Shown here: positions 35,283-43,858 of the stretch, piece by piece
How positions within the stretch are numbered: position 1 is the stretch's first letter
Layout: every line of letters begins with the position of its first letter
Assembly (NCBI GenBank): GCA_027730505.1
Contig: JAQCGT010000001.1
Location: forward strand, 1 to 62,304
Direction: 5' to 3'
Source of the DNA: Actinomycetota bacterium
GTDB lineage: Bacteria; Actinomycetota; Acidimicrobiia; Acidimicrobiales; Ilumatobacteraceae
Length of the DNA stretch: 62,304 bases
Position numbers and translations under genes: made by a program
Notes under the pieces: model-generated
Database searches by the model: none
Seen by the model: the letters and a program-made list of their open reading frames with translations, nothing else
What the model was told of the DNA's origin: nothing

Positions 35283-36653
35283 ATGCTGACGCTGATGTCA
35301 CACGGTCGCGCCATTCGGTTCCGCCGCATCTACCTCCTCGTGCTGGCTGTTGTAGCGGTTCTTGGGTTCTCGTCGGGTTCGGTGAGCGCCCAAGACGACA
35401 ACTCTGCTGAGGTCAAGGGTTCGCTGATCGGTAGGGACGACGCGGGCGAACGAATCGGCATCGCTGACGTGACGTTCATCGCCAGCGACGAAAGCGGTTC
35501 GGAAGCTGGCCGTGCGGTGAGCGCTGCTGACGGCTCGTGGTCGATTTCGTTGCCGCCTGGCACGTATCAGGTCTTGCTGGACGAGTCGACGCTGCCCGAG
35601 GGTCAGACGTTGAGGAACCCGGACAAGAACCCGGCTGAAGTTCGCCTCATCGAGGGCGATTCGAAGTCGACCCTCTTCGCGCTCGGGACACCTGTCGAGC
35701 CGTCGTCGGAGGGGTCAACCGACGAGACCACCGAGTTCGTCGAGGAAACGTCGAGTGTTGGAGGCATCACATTCATCCAACTCACCGTCGACGGCTTGAA
35801 GCTCGGTCTGATCATCGCCATGTGCTCGATCGGTTTGTCGTTGATCTACGGCACCACCGGGCTCACGAACTTCGCCCACGGTGAGGCCGTCACCTTCGGC
35901 GCCGTTCTCGGCTATGTCTTCAACACGTCGGGGATCTTCGGCTTCCGATTGCACCTCATTCCGGCAGCAGTGATCGTGGTGAGCGTCTGCGGTGCTCTCG
36001 GCGCCCTGTTCAACCGTGCTGTGTGGCAGCCGATGCGGCGTCGTGGAGCCAGTCTCGTGGCGGCGCTCGTAGTGTCGATCGGCTTCTCGATCCTGTTCCG
36101 TTACGTCATCTTGTTCTTCTTCGGCGGACGTGCGAAGCGTTTCACCGACTACCAAATTCAAGAACAGTGGGATCTCGGATGGTTCAGGCTGGCGCCGAAG
36201 GACCTCGTGTTGATGGTGCTTGCCGTCGTCGTTCTCGTCGGCGTGGCATCAGGGCTGCAATTCACTCGTATGGGTAAGGCGATGCGAGCTGTGTCCGACA
36301 ACCGAGACCTGGCCGAGTCGACCGGCATCGACGTGGAGAAGGTGATCCGTCAGGTGTGGATCTTCGGCAGCGCACTCGCCGGTCTGGGCGGCATCCTCTT
36401 CGGCCTCACTGAGTCGATCAATTGGGAGATGGGGTTCCGGGTGCTGTTGCTGATGTTTGCCGGCGTCACGCTTGGCGGCCTCGGAACGGCCTATGGAGCG
36501 TTGTTCGGCAGCATCATCGTCGGGTTGTTCATCCAGCTGTCGACGCTGGTCATTCCCACCGACATGAAGAACGTCGGGGCGCTGATCATGCTCATCGTCA
36601 TTCTCCTCGTGCGGCCCCAGGGTCTGTTCGGGCGTCGGGAACGGATCGGATAG
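35283..36653 (+). CDS. livH: Branched-chain amino-acid ABC transporter permease (LivH-type) with an N-terminal signal peptide and a ~110-aa extracytoplasmic beta-sandwich-like extension
   Basis: The C-terminal ~300 aa is LivH-like (GTTGLTNFAHGE...). The N-terminal ~150 aa reads MLTLMS..signal..AQDDNSAEVKGSLIGRDDAGERIGIADVTFIASDE...DGSWSISLPPGTYQVLL. Confidence 0.85.
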   Translation: MLTLMSHGRAIRFRRIYLLVLAVVAVLGFSSGSVSAQDDNSAEVKGSLIGRDDAGERIGIADVTFIASDESGSEAGRAVSAADGSWSISLPPGTYQVLLDESTLPEGQTLRNPDKNPAEVRLIEGDSKSTLFALGTPVEPSSEGSTDETTEFVEETSSVGGITFIQLTVDGLKLGLIIAMCSIGLSLIYGTTGLTNFAHGEAVTFGAVLGYVFNTSGIFGFRLHLIPAAVIVVSVCGALGALFNRAVWQPMRRRGASLVAALVVSIGFSILFRYVILFFFGGRAKRFTDYQIQEQWDLGWFRLAPKDLVLMVLAVVVLVGVASGLQFTRMGKAMRAVSDNRDLAESTGIDVEKVIRQVWIFGSALAGLGGILFGLTESINWEMGFRVLLLMFAGVTLGGLGTAYGALFGSIIVGLFIQLSTLVIPTDMKNVGALIMLIVILLVRPQGLFGRRERIG

Positions 36654-36662
36654 GAGGTCGCC

Positions 36663-37655
36663 ATGGATTGGGGAGCGATTATCGAGAACACGTTCCGAGG
36701 GCTCTTGGGCGAGCAGTTCATCTACTTCGCGCTTGCTGCCATCGGTCTGAACATGCACTTCGGATACACGGGTCTGTTGAACTTCGGCCAGGCCGTGTTC
36801 ATGGCTGCTGGTGCGTACGGGTTGTCGATGTCGGTGGCGACACTCGGTCTGAACTTCTGGTGGGGTCTCCTGCTCGGCATCGTTGTGTTCCCGCTGATCT
36901 TGGCCCTGTTGATGGGTATCCCGACTCTCAGGCTCAGGGCTGATTACCTCGCGATTGTGACGATCGCGGCTAGTGAGATGTTCCGGATCATCGCTCGCTC
37001 CCCGTCGCTCGACCGTTGGACGGGCTCATCCGACGGACTCACCGCATTCGCCAACGACTTCTATGACATGAGCCCGTTCAGCACAGGTGGCCGCTACTTC
37101 TTCGGTTTGTTCATCGGCAACCAGATGTGGGTGGTGCTCGTCGGCTGGATCGTGCTCGCCCTCGTCGTGCTGTTGGTCTGGTTGATGATGCGCAGTCCGT
37201 GGGGGAGAGTGCTTCGAGCCATTCGTGAAGACGAAGACGCCGCTCGCAGCCTGGGGAAGAACGCCTACTGGTTCAAACTGCAGGCGCTGATGATCGGCGG
37301 TGTGTTCGGTGCGCTCGGCGGTCTGCTGCGTGCCATCGGCACGCAGTCGGCCCAGCCGCAGAACTTCATCACCGATGTGACCTTCTTCGCCTGGGTGGCG
37401 CTGATCCTCGGCGGAGCGGCAAAGGTGGGTGGCCCGGTGGCCGGAGCGGCCATCTTGTACGGCATCTTGAACTTCACTGACGTGTTCCTACGACAGCTCG
37501 TCGATAACGGGTACATCTCGGAGTCAATCATGGATGGCACCCAGGTTGGTCAGGTCCGGTTCATGCTCATCGGCTTAGGACTGATCCTGCTGGCAGCGTT
37601 CCGACCGCAGGGAATCTTCGGCTCCAAGGAGGAGATGGCGCTCGATGACCGCTGA
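36663..37655 (+). CDS. livM: Branched-chain amino-acid ABC transporter permease (LivM-type)
   Basis: GYTGLLNFGQAVFMAAGAYG and IPTLRLRADYLAIVTIA are typical LivM motifs. Confidence 0.85.
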   Translation: MDWGAIIENTFRGLLGEQFIYFALAAIGLNMHFGYTGLLNFGQAVFMAAGAYGLSMSVATLGLNFWWGLLLGIVVFPLILALLMGIPTLRLRADYLAIVTIAASEMFRIIARSPSLDRWTGSSDGLTAFANDFYDMSPFSTGGRYFFGLFIGNQMWVVLVGWIVLALVVLLVWLMMRSPWGRVLRAIREDEDAARSLGKNAYWFKLQALMIGGVFGALGGLLRAIGTQSAQPQNFITDVTFFAWVALILGGAAKVGGPVAGAAILYGILNFTDVFLRQLVDNGYISESIMDGTQVGQVRFMLIGLGLILLAAFRPQGIFGSKEEMALDDR

Positions 37656-38493
37656 CACCACTTCCTTGTTCAACGGTGTGGCCTGGGAACCAGGCGCAGC
37701 CAAGAACGACCCGATTCTCGTGGTCGATGACGTTCGGCGTTCCTTCGGCGGTCTCATCGCCGTCGATGTCGACCACCTCGAGGTTCAGCGAGGTGCGATC
37801 ACTGCCCTGATCGGGCCCAATGGTGCCGGCAAGACGACCTTCTTCAACTTGCTGACCAACTTCGATGATCCTGACACCGGAACCCGCTCATTCGAGGGAC
37901 AAGACCTCGGTAACATCCCGGCACATCGAGTCGCCAACCTCGGCATGGTCCGCACCTTCCAGTTGACGAAGTCACTGTCGAAGATGACGGTGATCGACAA
38001 CATGCTCCTCGGCGCCACCCACCAGCGCGGTGAATCACTTTGGCGTTCGTTCCTGCGGTTCGCGTGGAGCGACCAAGAGCAGAGCAATACCGAGCGGGCT
38101 GAGGCGCTGTTGGCTCGTTTCAACCTCGCTCACATGCGCGACGAGTTCGCAGGAACGCTCTCGGGCGGTCAACGCAAACTCTTGGAGATGGCTCGTGCGC
38201 TCATGGTCGAGCCGACAATGGTGATGCTCGACGAACCGATGGCCGGCGTGAATCCGGCGCTCAAGCAGTCGCTACTCGAACACGTGAAGGGTCTGCGAGA
38301 TGAGGGCATGACTGTGCTCTTCGTCGAGCACGACATGGACATGGTGCAAGAAATCAGCGACTGGGTGGTGGTGATGGCCGAAGGTCGGATCATCGCCGAG
38401 GGGCCACCGGCGTCGATCGGTGAGAACCAGGCGGTGGTCGACGCGTATCTCGGCGCCCATCACGATGCACCGCTCGACCTGGGGGATGACTGA
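37645..38493 (+). CDS. livG: Branched-chain amino-acid ABC transporter ATP-binding protein (LivG-type)
   Basis: Walker A GPNGAGKTT, signature LSGGQRKLLEMARAL and Walker B VMLDEPMAGV. It overlaps the livM end by 11 nt. Confidence 0.9.
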   Translation: MTADTTSLFNGVAWEPGAAKNDPILVVDDVRRSFGGLIAVDVDHLEVQRGAITALIGPNGAGKTTFFNLLTNFDDPDTGTRSFEGQDLGNIPAHRVANLGMVRTFQLTKSLSKMTVIDNMLLGATHQRGESLWRSFLRFAWSDQEQSNTERAEALLARFNLAHMRDEFAGTLSGGQRKLLEMARALMVEPTMVMLDEPMAGVNPALKQSLLEHVKGLRDEGMTVLFVEHDMDMVQEISDWVVVMAEGRIIAEGPPASIGENQAVVDAYLGAHHDAPLDLGDD

Positions 38494-39233
38494 TGTCGGG
38501 TTCTGAACCGTTGCTCATCGCCGACGATCTCACGGCTGGATACCTGCCGGGTGTGAACATCCTGAACGGCTGCTCACTCGAACTCGGCGAGGGTGAACTG
38601 GTTGGCATCATCGGTCCTAACGGTGCTGGCAAGTCGACGCTTGTCAAGGCGATGTTCGGCCTCGTGAACATTCGCCACGGTGCTGTTCGTCTTCGTGGCG
38701 AAGACATCACCAACATGAAGGCACACTCACTCGTCAGCCGAGGCATCGGGTACGTGCCACAGACGAACAACGTGTTCCCGTCGCTGACCGTTGCTGAGAA
38801 TCTCGAGATGGGGACCTACCTCGATCCGAGCCGTCATGCGGAGCGGATCGAGGTCGTGGGTGAGATGTTCCCCAAGTTGATGGATCGGAGTGAGCAGCGC
38901 GCCGGCTCGCTGTCGGGCGGTGAGCGTCAGATGCTTGCGATGGGTCGTGCGCTGATGATGGATCCGTCGGTGCTGCTCCTCGATGAACCCTCGGCTGGAC
39001 TGTCACCGGCGCTCCAGGACGAGGTATTCGTTCGCTGCCACCGGATCAACCGTGCAGGTGTATCAATCGTCATGGTTGAGCAGAACGCCTCTCGCTGCCT
39101 GCAGATCTGCCACCGCGGGTATGTGCTCGATCAGGGGGCGAACGCCTACTCGGGTTCGGGCCGCGAGCTTCTCACCGACCCGAAGGTGATCGAGCTGTAT
39201 CTCGGCACCTTGGTCAAGTCTCACCAGGACTGA
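38493..39233 (+). CDS. livF: Branched-chain amino-acid ABC transporter ATP-binding protein (LivF-type)
   Basis: Walker A GPNGAGKST, signature LSGGERQMLAMGRAL and Walker B LLLDEPSAGL. The ATG overlaps the livG stop. Confidence 0.9.
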   Translation: MSGSEPLLIADDLTAGYLPGVNILNGCSLELGEGELVGIIGPNGAGKSTLVKAMFGLVNIRHGAVRLRGEDITNMKAHSLVSRGIGYVPQTNNVFPSLTVAENLEMGTYLDPSRHAERIEVVGEMFPKLMDRSEQRAGSLSGGERQMLAMGRALMMDPSVLLLDEPSAGLSPALQDEVFVRCHRINRAGVSIVMVEQNASRCLQICHRGYVLDQGANAYSGSGRELLTDPKVIELYLGTLVKSHQD

Positions 39234-39303
39234 TCCACTCGTCGCTGTGGCGACGTCACCGCCTCGGTGCTCGACACTGCAGACATCGTCGCCCGAACGC
39301 GCA

Positions 39304-39331
39304 ACGGCCCCCGGGTCTCCCCGGGGGCCGT
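39304..39331. terminator. Bidirectional stem-loop between convergent livF and the binding-protein gene
   Basis: acggcccccggg (39304-39315) and cccgggggccgt (39320-39331) are perfect 12-bp reverse complements around a 4-nt loop (tctc). Confidence 0.65.
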
Positions 39332-39359
39332 CACGTTCAGATCGACGTCTGAGATGAAC

Positions 39360-40589
39360 TCAGATCTTGCCGTAGATGATCTCCACGACCTGGAGCGTAC
39401 CGGTGGCGTCGAATTCCTTGATCAGGATCGAAGCCTCGGACGGCTCACCGGCATCGATGAACTCGAGGGGTCCGGAGACGCCGTCGAAGTCGATGTCGGT
39501 GCCAGCGGCGATGAGATCGGCGCACTCCTTGAAGGATGTGCACTTCGTGCCACCGCGGGTCACGTCGTTGATCTGGGCGCCAACGGCCACACCATCGTCG
39601 GTGCCGGCCACGAGGGCGGCAAGGGCGATGGCCATCACAGCGTCGTACGACTCACCCGAGTAGGCGAAGTCGGTGAGGTCGGGGTCAACGGCGAGCAGAC
39701 GGTCGATGAACGCCGTCTGGCTCTCGATGTCAACACCGGGCACCGTTCCGCGCATGCCCTCGAGCACGCTCGGGTCGTCGAAGCCGTCGGCGAGGGCGTT
39801 ACCCATGTTGCCGTCCGAACCGTAGATCATCTTGTCGGCGGGGCCGGCGCCGGCCTCGATGAGGCCGGTGAGGATCTTGGTGGTCTCATCGAAACCGATG
39901 ATCACGATGGCGTCGGAGCCGGCAGCGACTGCTGCCGAAACCTCGGCGTCGAAGTTCTCGGCCTGCGGGTCGTAAACGACCTCATAGGCGACAGTGCCAC
40001 CAGCGGCCTCGTACGGGGCCTTGGTGTACTCGAGAAGTCCGGTGCCGTACGCATCGTTCAGCACGAGGAACGCAGCGGTCTGCGCGCCATCGGAGATCAT
40101 GAGGTCAGCGAGGGCCGCACCCTGAACGACGTCGGACGGAGCGGTACGGAAGTACAGCCCGTTGTCGGCGTAGTCGGTGAAGGTCGGCGAGGTGTTGGCT
40201 GGCGAGAACTGGATCTTGCCGGCCTTGGTGATCTTGTCGATGACGGTCAGTGACACACCCGAGGATGCGGCACCGATGAAACCGTCGACGTTCTCGGCGA
40301 GGAGACGGTCGACGGTGGCATTCGCAACGTCACCATTGTCGCCCGAGTCACCCGGAAGCCACTCGACGTCCTTGCCAAGGACGCCACCGGCCTCGTTGAT
40401 CTCCTTGACGGCGAGTTCGACACCAGCGAACTCGGGTGGTCCGAGGAAGGCGAGGTTGCCGGTCTCGGGCAGGATGCCACCGAGGCGCAGCACACCGTCA
40501 GCAGGCCCGTCGTCGCCGCCGCAAGCAGCAGCAATGAATGACAGACCCACCACGATGGCGCCCAAGCGGCGTGCACGTGTCTTGATCAT
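39360..40589 (-). CDS. ABC transporter substrate-binding protein, branched-chain amino-acid (LivJ/K-like, type I periplasmic binding fold)
   Basis: Start chosen at MIKTRARRLGAIVVGLSFIAAACGGDDG, a signal peptide with Cys. LPETGNLAFLGPPEFAGVELAVKEINEAGGVLG is typical of Leu/Ile/Val-binding proteins. Confidence 0.85.
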   Translation of the reverse strand: MIKTRARRLGAIVVGLSFIAAACGGDDGPADGVLRLGGILPETGNLAFLGPPEFAGVELAVKEINEAGGVLGKDVEWLPGDSGDNGDVANATVDRLLAENVDGFIGAASSGVSLTVIDKITKAGKIQFSPANTSPTFTDYADNGLYFRTAPSDVVQGAALADLMISDGAQTAAFLVLNDAYGTGLLEYTKAPYEAAGGTVAYEVVYDPQAENFDAEVSAAVAAGSDAIVIIGFDETTKILTGLIEAGAGPADKMIYGSDGNMGNALADGFDDPSVLEGMRGTVPGVDIESQTAFIDRLLAVDPDLTDFAYSGESYDAVMAIALAALVAGTDDGVAVGAQINDVTRGGTKCTSFKECADLIAAGTDIDFDGVSGPLEFIDAGEPSEASILIKEFDATGTLQVVEIIYGKI

Positions 40590-40715
40590 TGAATTGGTCC
40601 TCCCCCTGTTCGACCGGGACGGGTTTGCCCCGGGGGTACTGGGTGCTGACAGGCTAGAGCCCAGATGTACCGCAGGCAATGCATGCTCGTGTCGCGCAGG
40701 TAAACCGCAGGCGCG

Positions 40716-42809
40716 TCAGGACACCCATCCGAGTACGTCGACGAGTACATGTGCGGTTCCAGTTGGGTCCCATGGAAGGTCGACCCTGACATCGATCGCA
40801 CCGGAGTCGCCGAGTCCGATGATGGCCATATTGGGGATGATTTCGCCGCTGGTGAAGTTGAGGTTTGAGACATTTGGCGCGTCGAGACCGCTCGGCCAGG
40901 CGGTCAAGAAGCCCTCACCGGTCGGTCCGACCACGGTGATGTTCGCAATGACTGCGGTGGCCTCGGCTGGGACATCGCCGACACCAACGATTCTGATCCG
41001 GCGAGTCTCCTGCGTCGACCACGGTCGAGTTGATGTTCCGATCCCATTCCGAGAGTCTGCGACCCGGAACGGCGTCGCTGTGGTGGTCGCCCCACCACTC
41101 TCGGGGGCGAAATAACCGAAGACATCGACGAGCACGTGGGTGGCAGCCAGTTCCGGTCGAATTGCGATCGAGCCGTTGTCGCCCACGCTGACGACGACGA
41201 GATTCGGGCGTGTGACACCTGCGGAGAGGTTCAGGTTCGAGACATCGGGAACGGATCCTCCCGACGGATACACCGTGACGAAGCCAGAACCCGACGGGCT
41301 GACCGCCGTAACGTTCAACACCACCGCTTCAGCATCGCCGGGTACGCCGGCCTTGCTAGTGACACGAAGCTCGGTGGTCGTGCCACCGGACAACGGTTCG
41401 CTCGGTTCGCCTCGGGTATCGAGAAGGCGAGCAGGGTTGACCGGCGTGAAGCCGGTGAGCGTCACATCCGAGGCCGAGTCGATCGAGGAGTACCAGCCGG
41501 CCACGTCGGCCAGCAGGTGGGTCTCAGCGCCGAACACGTGGAATCTGATCCGACCTCCAGCGCCAACCCGAACGAGCACCATGTTGGGCGTGTCCACACC
41601 GGCGCGGATGTTGATGTTGGACGCATCGGGCCAGTCGCCGAATGAGTTCTGGTCGTCGAACACATCGCCCGTGCCTGCTGGTCTCGGACCAACGGTCACA
41701 TATCCCTCACCGGTGGGGTCGACGGCAGTGACGTTCAGAAGCACGGCGGAGACCCCTGCGGAGGGGATACCGGCGACACCTGTCACCGTCAATTCGTGGT
41801 TTGCCACCTCGGCTGCTCGCAACTCGGCGTTGGTGGTGTCGAGACGGCCATCACCCGGTCGAACCATGCCGCCGGTGAGTCCGCGCTCTTTGCGGGTGTC
41901 GAGGATGCGGACCGGGTCTACTGGATGGAACTCGGCGGCTGGTGGGTCGACAGTGGCGGAGTCGGGAACGGTGACACACGTGAGCAGGCCGAAGCACGGG
42001 GCGTCGAGGTCGATCACCGGAAGCGGTCCGGCGGTGATCGTGACGACTCCCTGAACCTTCACACCTGTATCTCGGTCTTCGATGAACACGGTGTAGTGAC
42101 CTGGCCACGTGACTCCCATCGTCCAGAGATCACCTTTGCTCGCCCCGGACGCAAATGCGCCGTAGGGGATTCCGGCACTCGTGATGGGCGGCGGATCACA
42201 TGTCTCGTAGATCGAGCAGTCGATTTGGAAAGCGTCGATGTGCAGGCGGCCCTCGGTGATTGCATCGGACGCGATGACTCGGCCGCGGCTGACAAATCCG
42301 CCATATCGGTCGCCCGGAGTCGGCGGGACGACGGTTCCGATCGTCGGCCACGGTTGGCCAGCATCCCGTTCGAGTTGAAGGTGGAACGAACCGTGTCGCG
42401 GATTCCAGATGTCGTAACCCTCCCAGTAGCAGTCATCGAGGGCGCTGTCTCCCGCACAGTCGACCGCCGTCGAGGAATACGACTCGAGCCGCAGATACGT
42501 GGCTTCGGTGGGCACACGGATGTCGCTGATGTTTGCTGTCGGGTGACCGAACGTGGCTGACCCGAGTTCGTGATCAAACGTCAGCCAGTTGCCGCTCGCG
42601 TCCCACCGGACCATCTCTCCGTAGCCGCCGTACGGATCGAGTCCGTCAGCGTTGTACTCGAGACCAAGCGAGCCGACCGTTCCGAGCGGGTCGTAGTCGA
42701 TATCGAGCAGAGTGGTCGAACGCGCTTCCACTGGTGCGTCGATGACGGTGGCTGTTGCCACGCCGGAGATGAGAACTGACGCGAGAAGAACGGGGGTGCG
42801 GAGATGCAT
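40716..42809 (-). CDS. Secreted protein with a ~290-aa unknown N-terminal region plus three tandem copies of the same ~120-150-aa module found at the C-terminus of the 33144-34634 protein
   Basis: The signal is MHLRTPVLLASVLISGVATATVIDA. The repeats lie at aa 294-441, 454-567 and 579-696 (nt 40722-41930). Confidence 0.7.
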   Translation of the reverse strand: MHLRTPVLLASVLISGVATATVIDAPVEARSTTLLDIDYDPLGTVGSLGLEYNADGLDPYGGYGEMVRWDASGNWLTFDHELGSATFGHPTANISDIRVPTEATYLRLESYSSTAVDCAGDSALDDCYWEGYDIWNPRHGSFHLQLERDAGQPWPTIGTVVPPTPGDRYGGFVSRGRVIASDAITEGRLHIDAFQIDCSIYETCDPPPITSAGIPYGAFASGASKGDLWTMGVTWPGHYTVFIEDRDTGVKVQGVVTITAGPLPVIDLDAPCFGLLTCVTVPDSATVDPPAAEFHPVDPVRILDTRKERGLTGGMVRPGDGRLDTTNAELRAAEVANHELTVTGVAGIPSAGVSAVLLNVTAVDPTGEGYVTVGPRPAGTGDVFDDQNSFGDWPDASNINIRAGVDTPNMVLVRVGAGGRIRFHVFGAETHLLADVAGWYSSIDSASDVTLTGFTPVNPARLLDTRGEPSEPLSGGTTTELRVTSKAGVPGDAEAVVLNVTAVSPSGSGFVTVYPSGGSVPDVSNLNLSAGVTRPNLVVVSVGDNGSIAIRPELAATHVLVDVFGYFAPESGGATTTATPFRVADSRNGIGTSTRPWSTQETRRIRIVGVGDVPAEATAVIANITVVGPTGEGFLTAWPSGLDAPNVSNLNFTSGEIIPNMAIIGLGDSGAIDVRVDLPWDPTGTAHVLVDVLGWVS

Positions 42810-42841
42810 ACGTCCCAGTGATCGCCGCCGTAGGTGGATTG

Positions 42842-43831
42842 TTACAACCCGGCGAGATCGGCACGAATCGCTACCAGCACCTTTGCGGTCGCCGTGCGGT
42901 CGTCGAGTGACCTGAAGGCATCGACGGCGCGTTCGAATGGGAATATCTCACCGATCGGTGGCTTGACCACGCCGGACTCAACCATCGGCAGCAGTCGTCG
43001 ATGGATGTCGGGTGCGAGGCCAGGATCAGCAGACGCCGCTTCGCCCCAGGCAGCGCCGACAACGCTCACATTGCGCAGCAACAGTCGGTTCACCTTGACG
43101 GTTGGGATCTCGCCTGCGGCGAACCCGACCACCACCAGTCGTCCGCCTCGGGCAAGACATCTGAGCCCATCAAGGAACCGATCGCCGCCGACAGGGTCGT
43201 AGGTCATGTCAACACCGCGACCACCGGTGAGGGCGACCACATCGTCTTTCCATGTGTCGGATACGAGAACTGCGTGATCGGCGCCAGCCGACAGCGCAAC
43301 CTCTGCCTTTGCCTCAGAGGAGACCAAGCCGATGATCGGTCCGGCGCCCATGCCGCGCGCCACTTGGATCGCTGAGGTTCCGACACCTCCGGCAGCCCCC
43401 ATGACGAGCACCGACTCGCCAGCCCTCAGATTGCCGCGGTCGACGGCGCAGAACATGGCTGTCTGATAGTTCAAGACGAATGCAGCGCCCTCGGCGAGGG
43501 TCATCTGCGGTGGGATGACGAAGAGTTGCTCCGGTCGAGCCCGGTAGACCTCGGCGTGAACGCCCATGCCCCAGACAGCCACGCGGTCGCCGGCTGAGAA
43601 CCCCGAGTCGGCCGGGGCGGAACGCACGATGCCTGAGCCCTCGACTCCGGGGGTGAACGGGGGATCAGGCCGGATCTGGTACATCCCCTTTGTCTGGAGT
43701 AGGTCGGGGAACGAGACGCCGCCGTAGACCATGTCGACGATGACGCCGCTGCCATCGTCGATGGGTTCAGGGATCTCAGTGAGTTCGAGGGCGTCGGGCC
43801 CGGTCAGTGCTGTGACGGAGAGTGCTTTCAT
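42842..43831 (-). CDS. NADPH:quinone oxidoreductase / zinc-type alcohol dehydrogenase superfamily (MDR) protein
   Basis: 329 aa with a GroES-like N-terminal domain (PGVEGSGIV) and the Rossmann motif VMGAAGGVGTSAIQVA. Confidence 0.85.
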   Translation of the reverse strand: MKALSVTALTGPDALELTEIPEPIDDGSGVIVDMVYGGVSFPDLLQTKGMYQIRPDPPFTPGVEGSGIVRSAPADSGFSAGDRVAVWGMGVHAEVYRARPEQLFVIPPQMTLAEGAAFVLNYQTAMFCAVDRGNLRAGESVLVMGAAGGVGTSAIQVARGMGAGPIIGLVSSEAKAEVALSAGADHAVLVSDTWKDDVVALTGGRGVDMTYDPVGGDRFLDGLRCLARGGRLVVVGFAAGEIPTVKVNRLLLRNVSVVGAAWGEAASADPGLAPDIHRRLLPMVESGVVKPPIGEIFPFERAVDAFRSLDDRTATAKVLVAIRADLAGL

Positions 43832-43858
43832 CGTCGGTCCTTTCGTCGATTGTCAGTG

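Noticed and set aside
39267-42054. Long ORFs antisense to real genes. Examples are 39267-40253 +, 40177-41115 + and 41140-42054 +. Elsewhere they include 12600-13424 -, 13963-14664 -, 15266-16156 -, 23435-24166 -, 45324-46061 - and 60902-61705 -.
   Set aside because: These are typical high-GC shadow ORFs. Their translations are Arg/Pro/Ser/Gly-rich with no motifs. The opposite strand carries genes with clear family signatures and host-like third-position GC bias.
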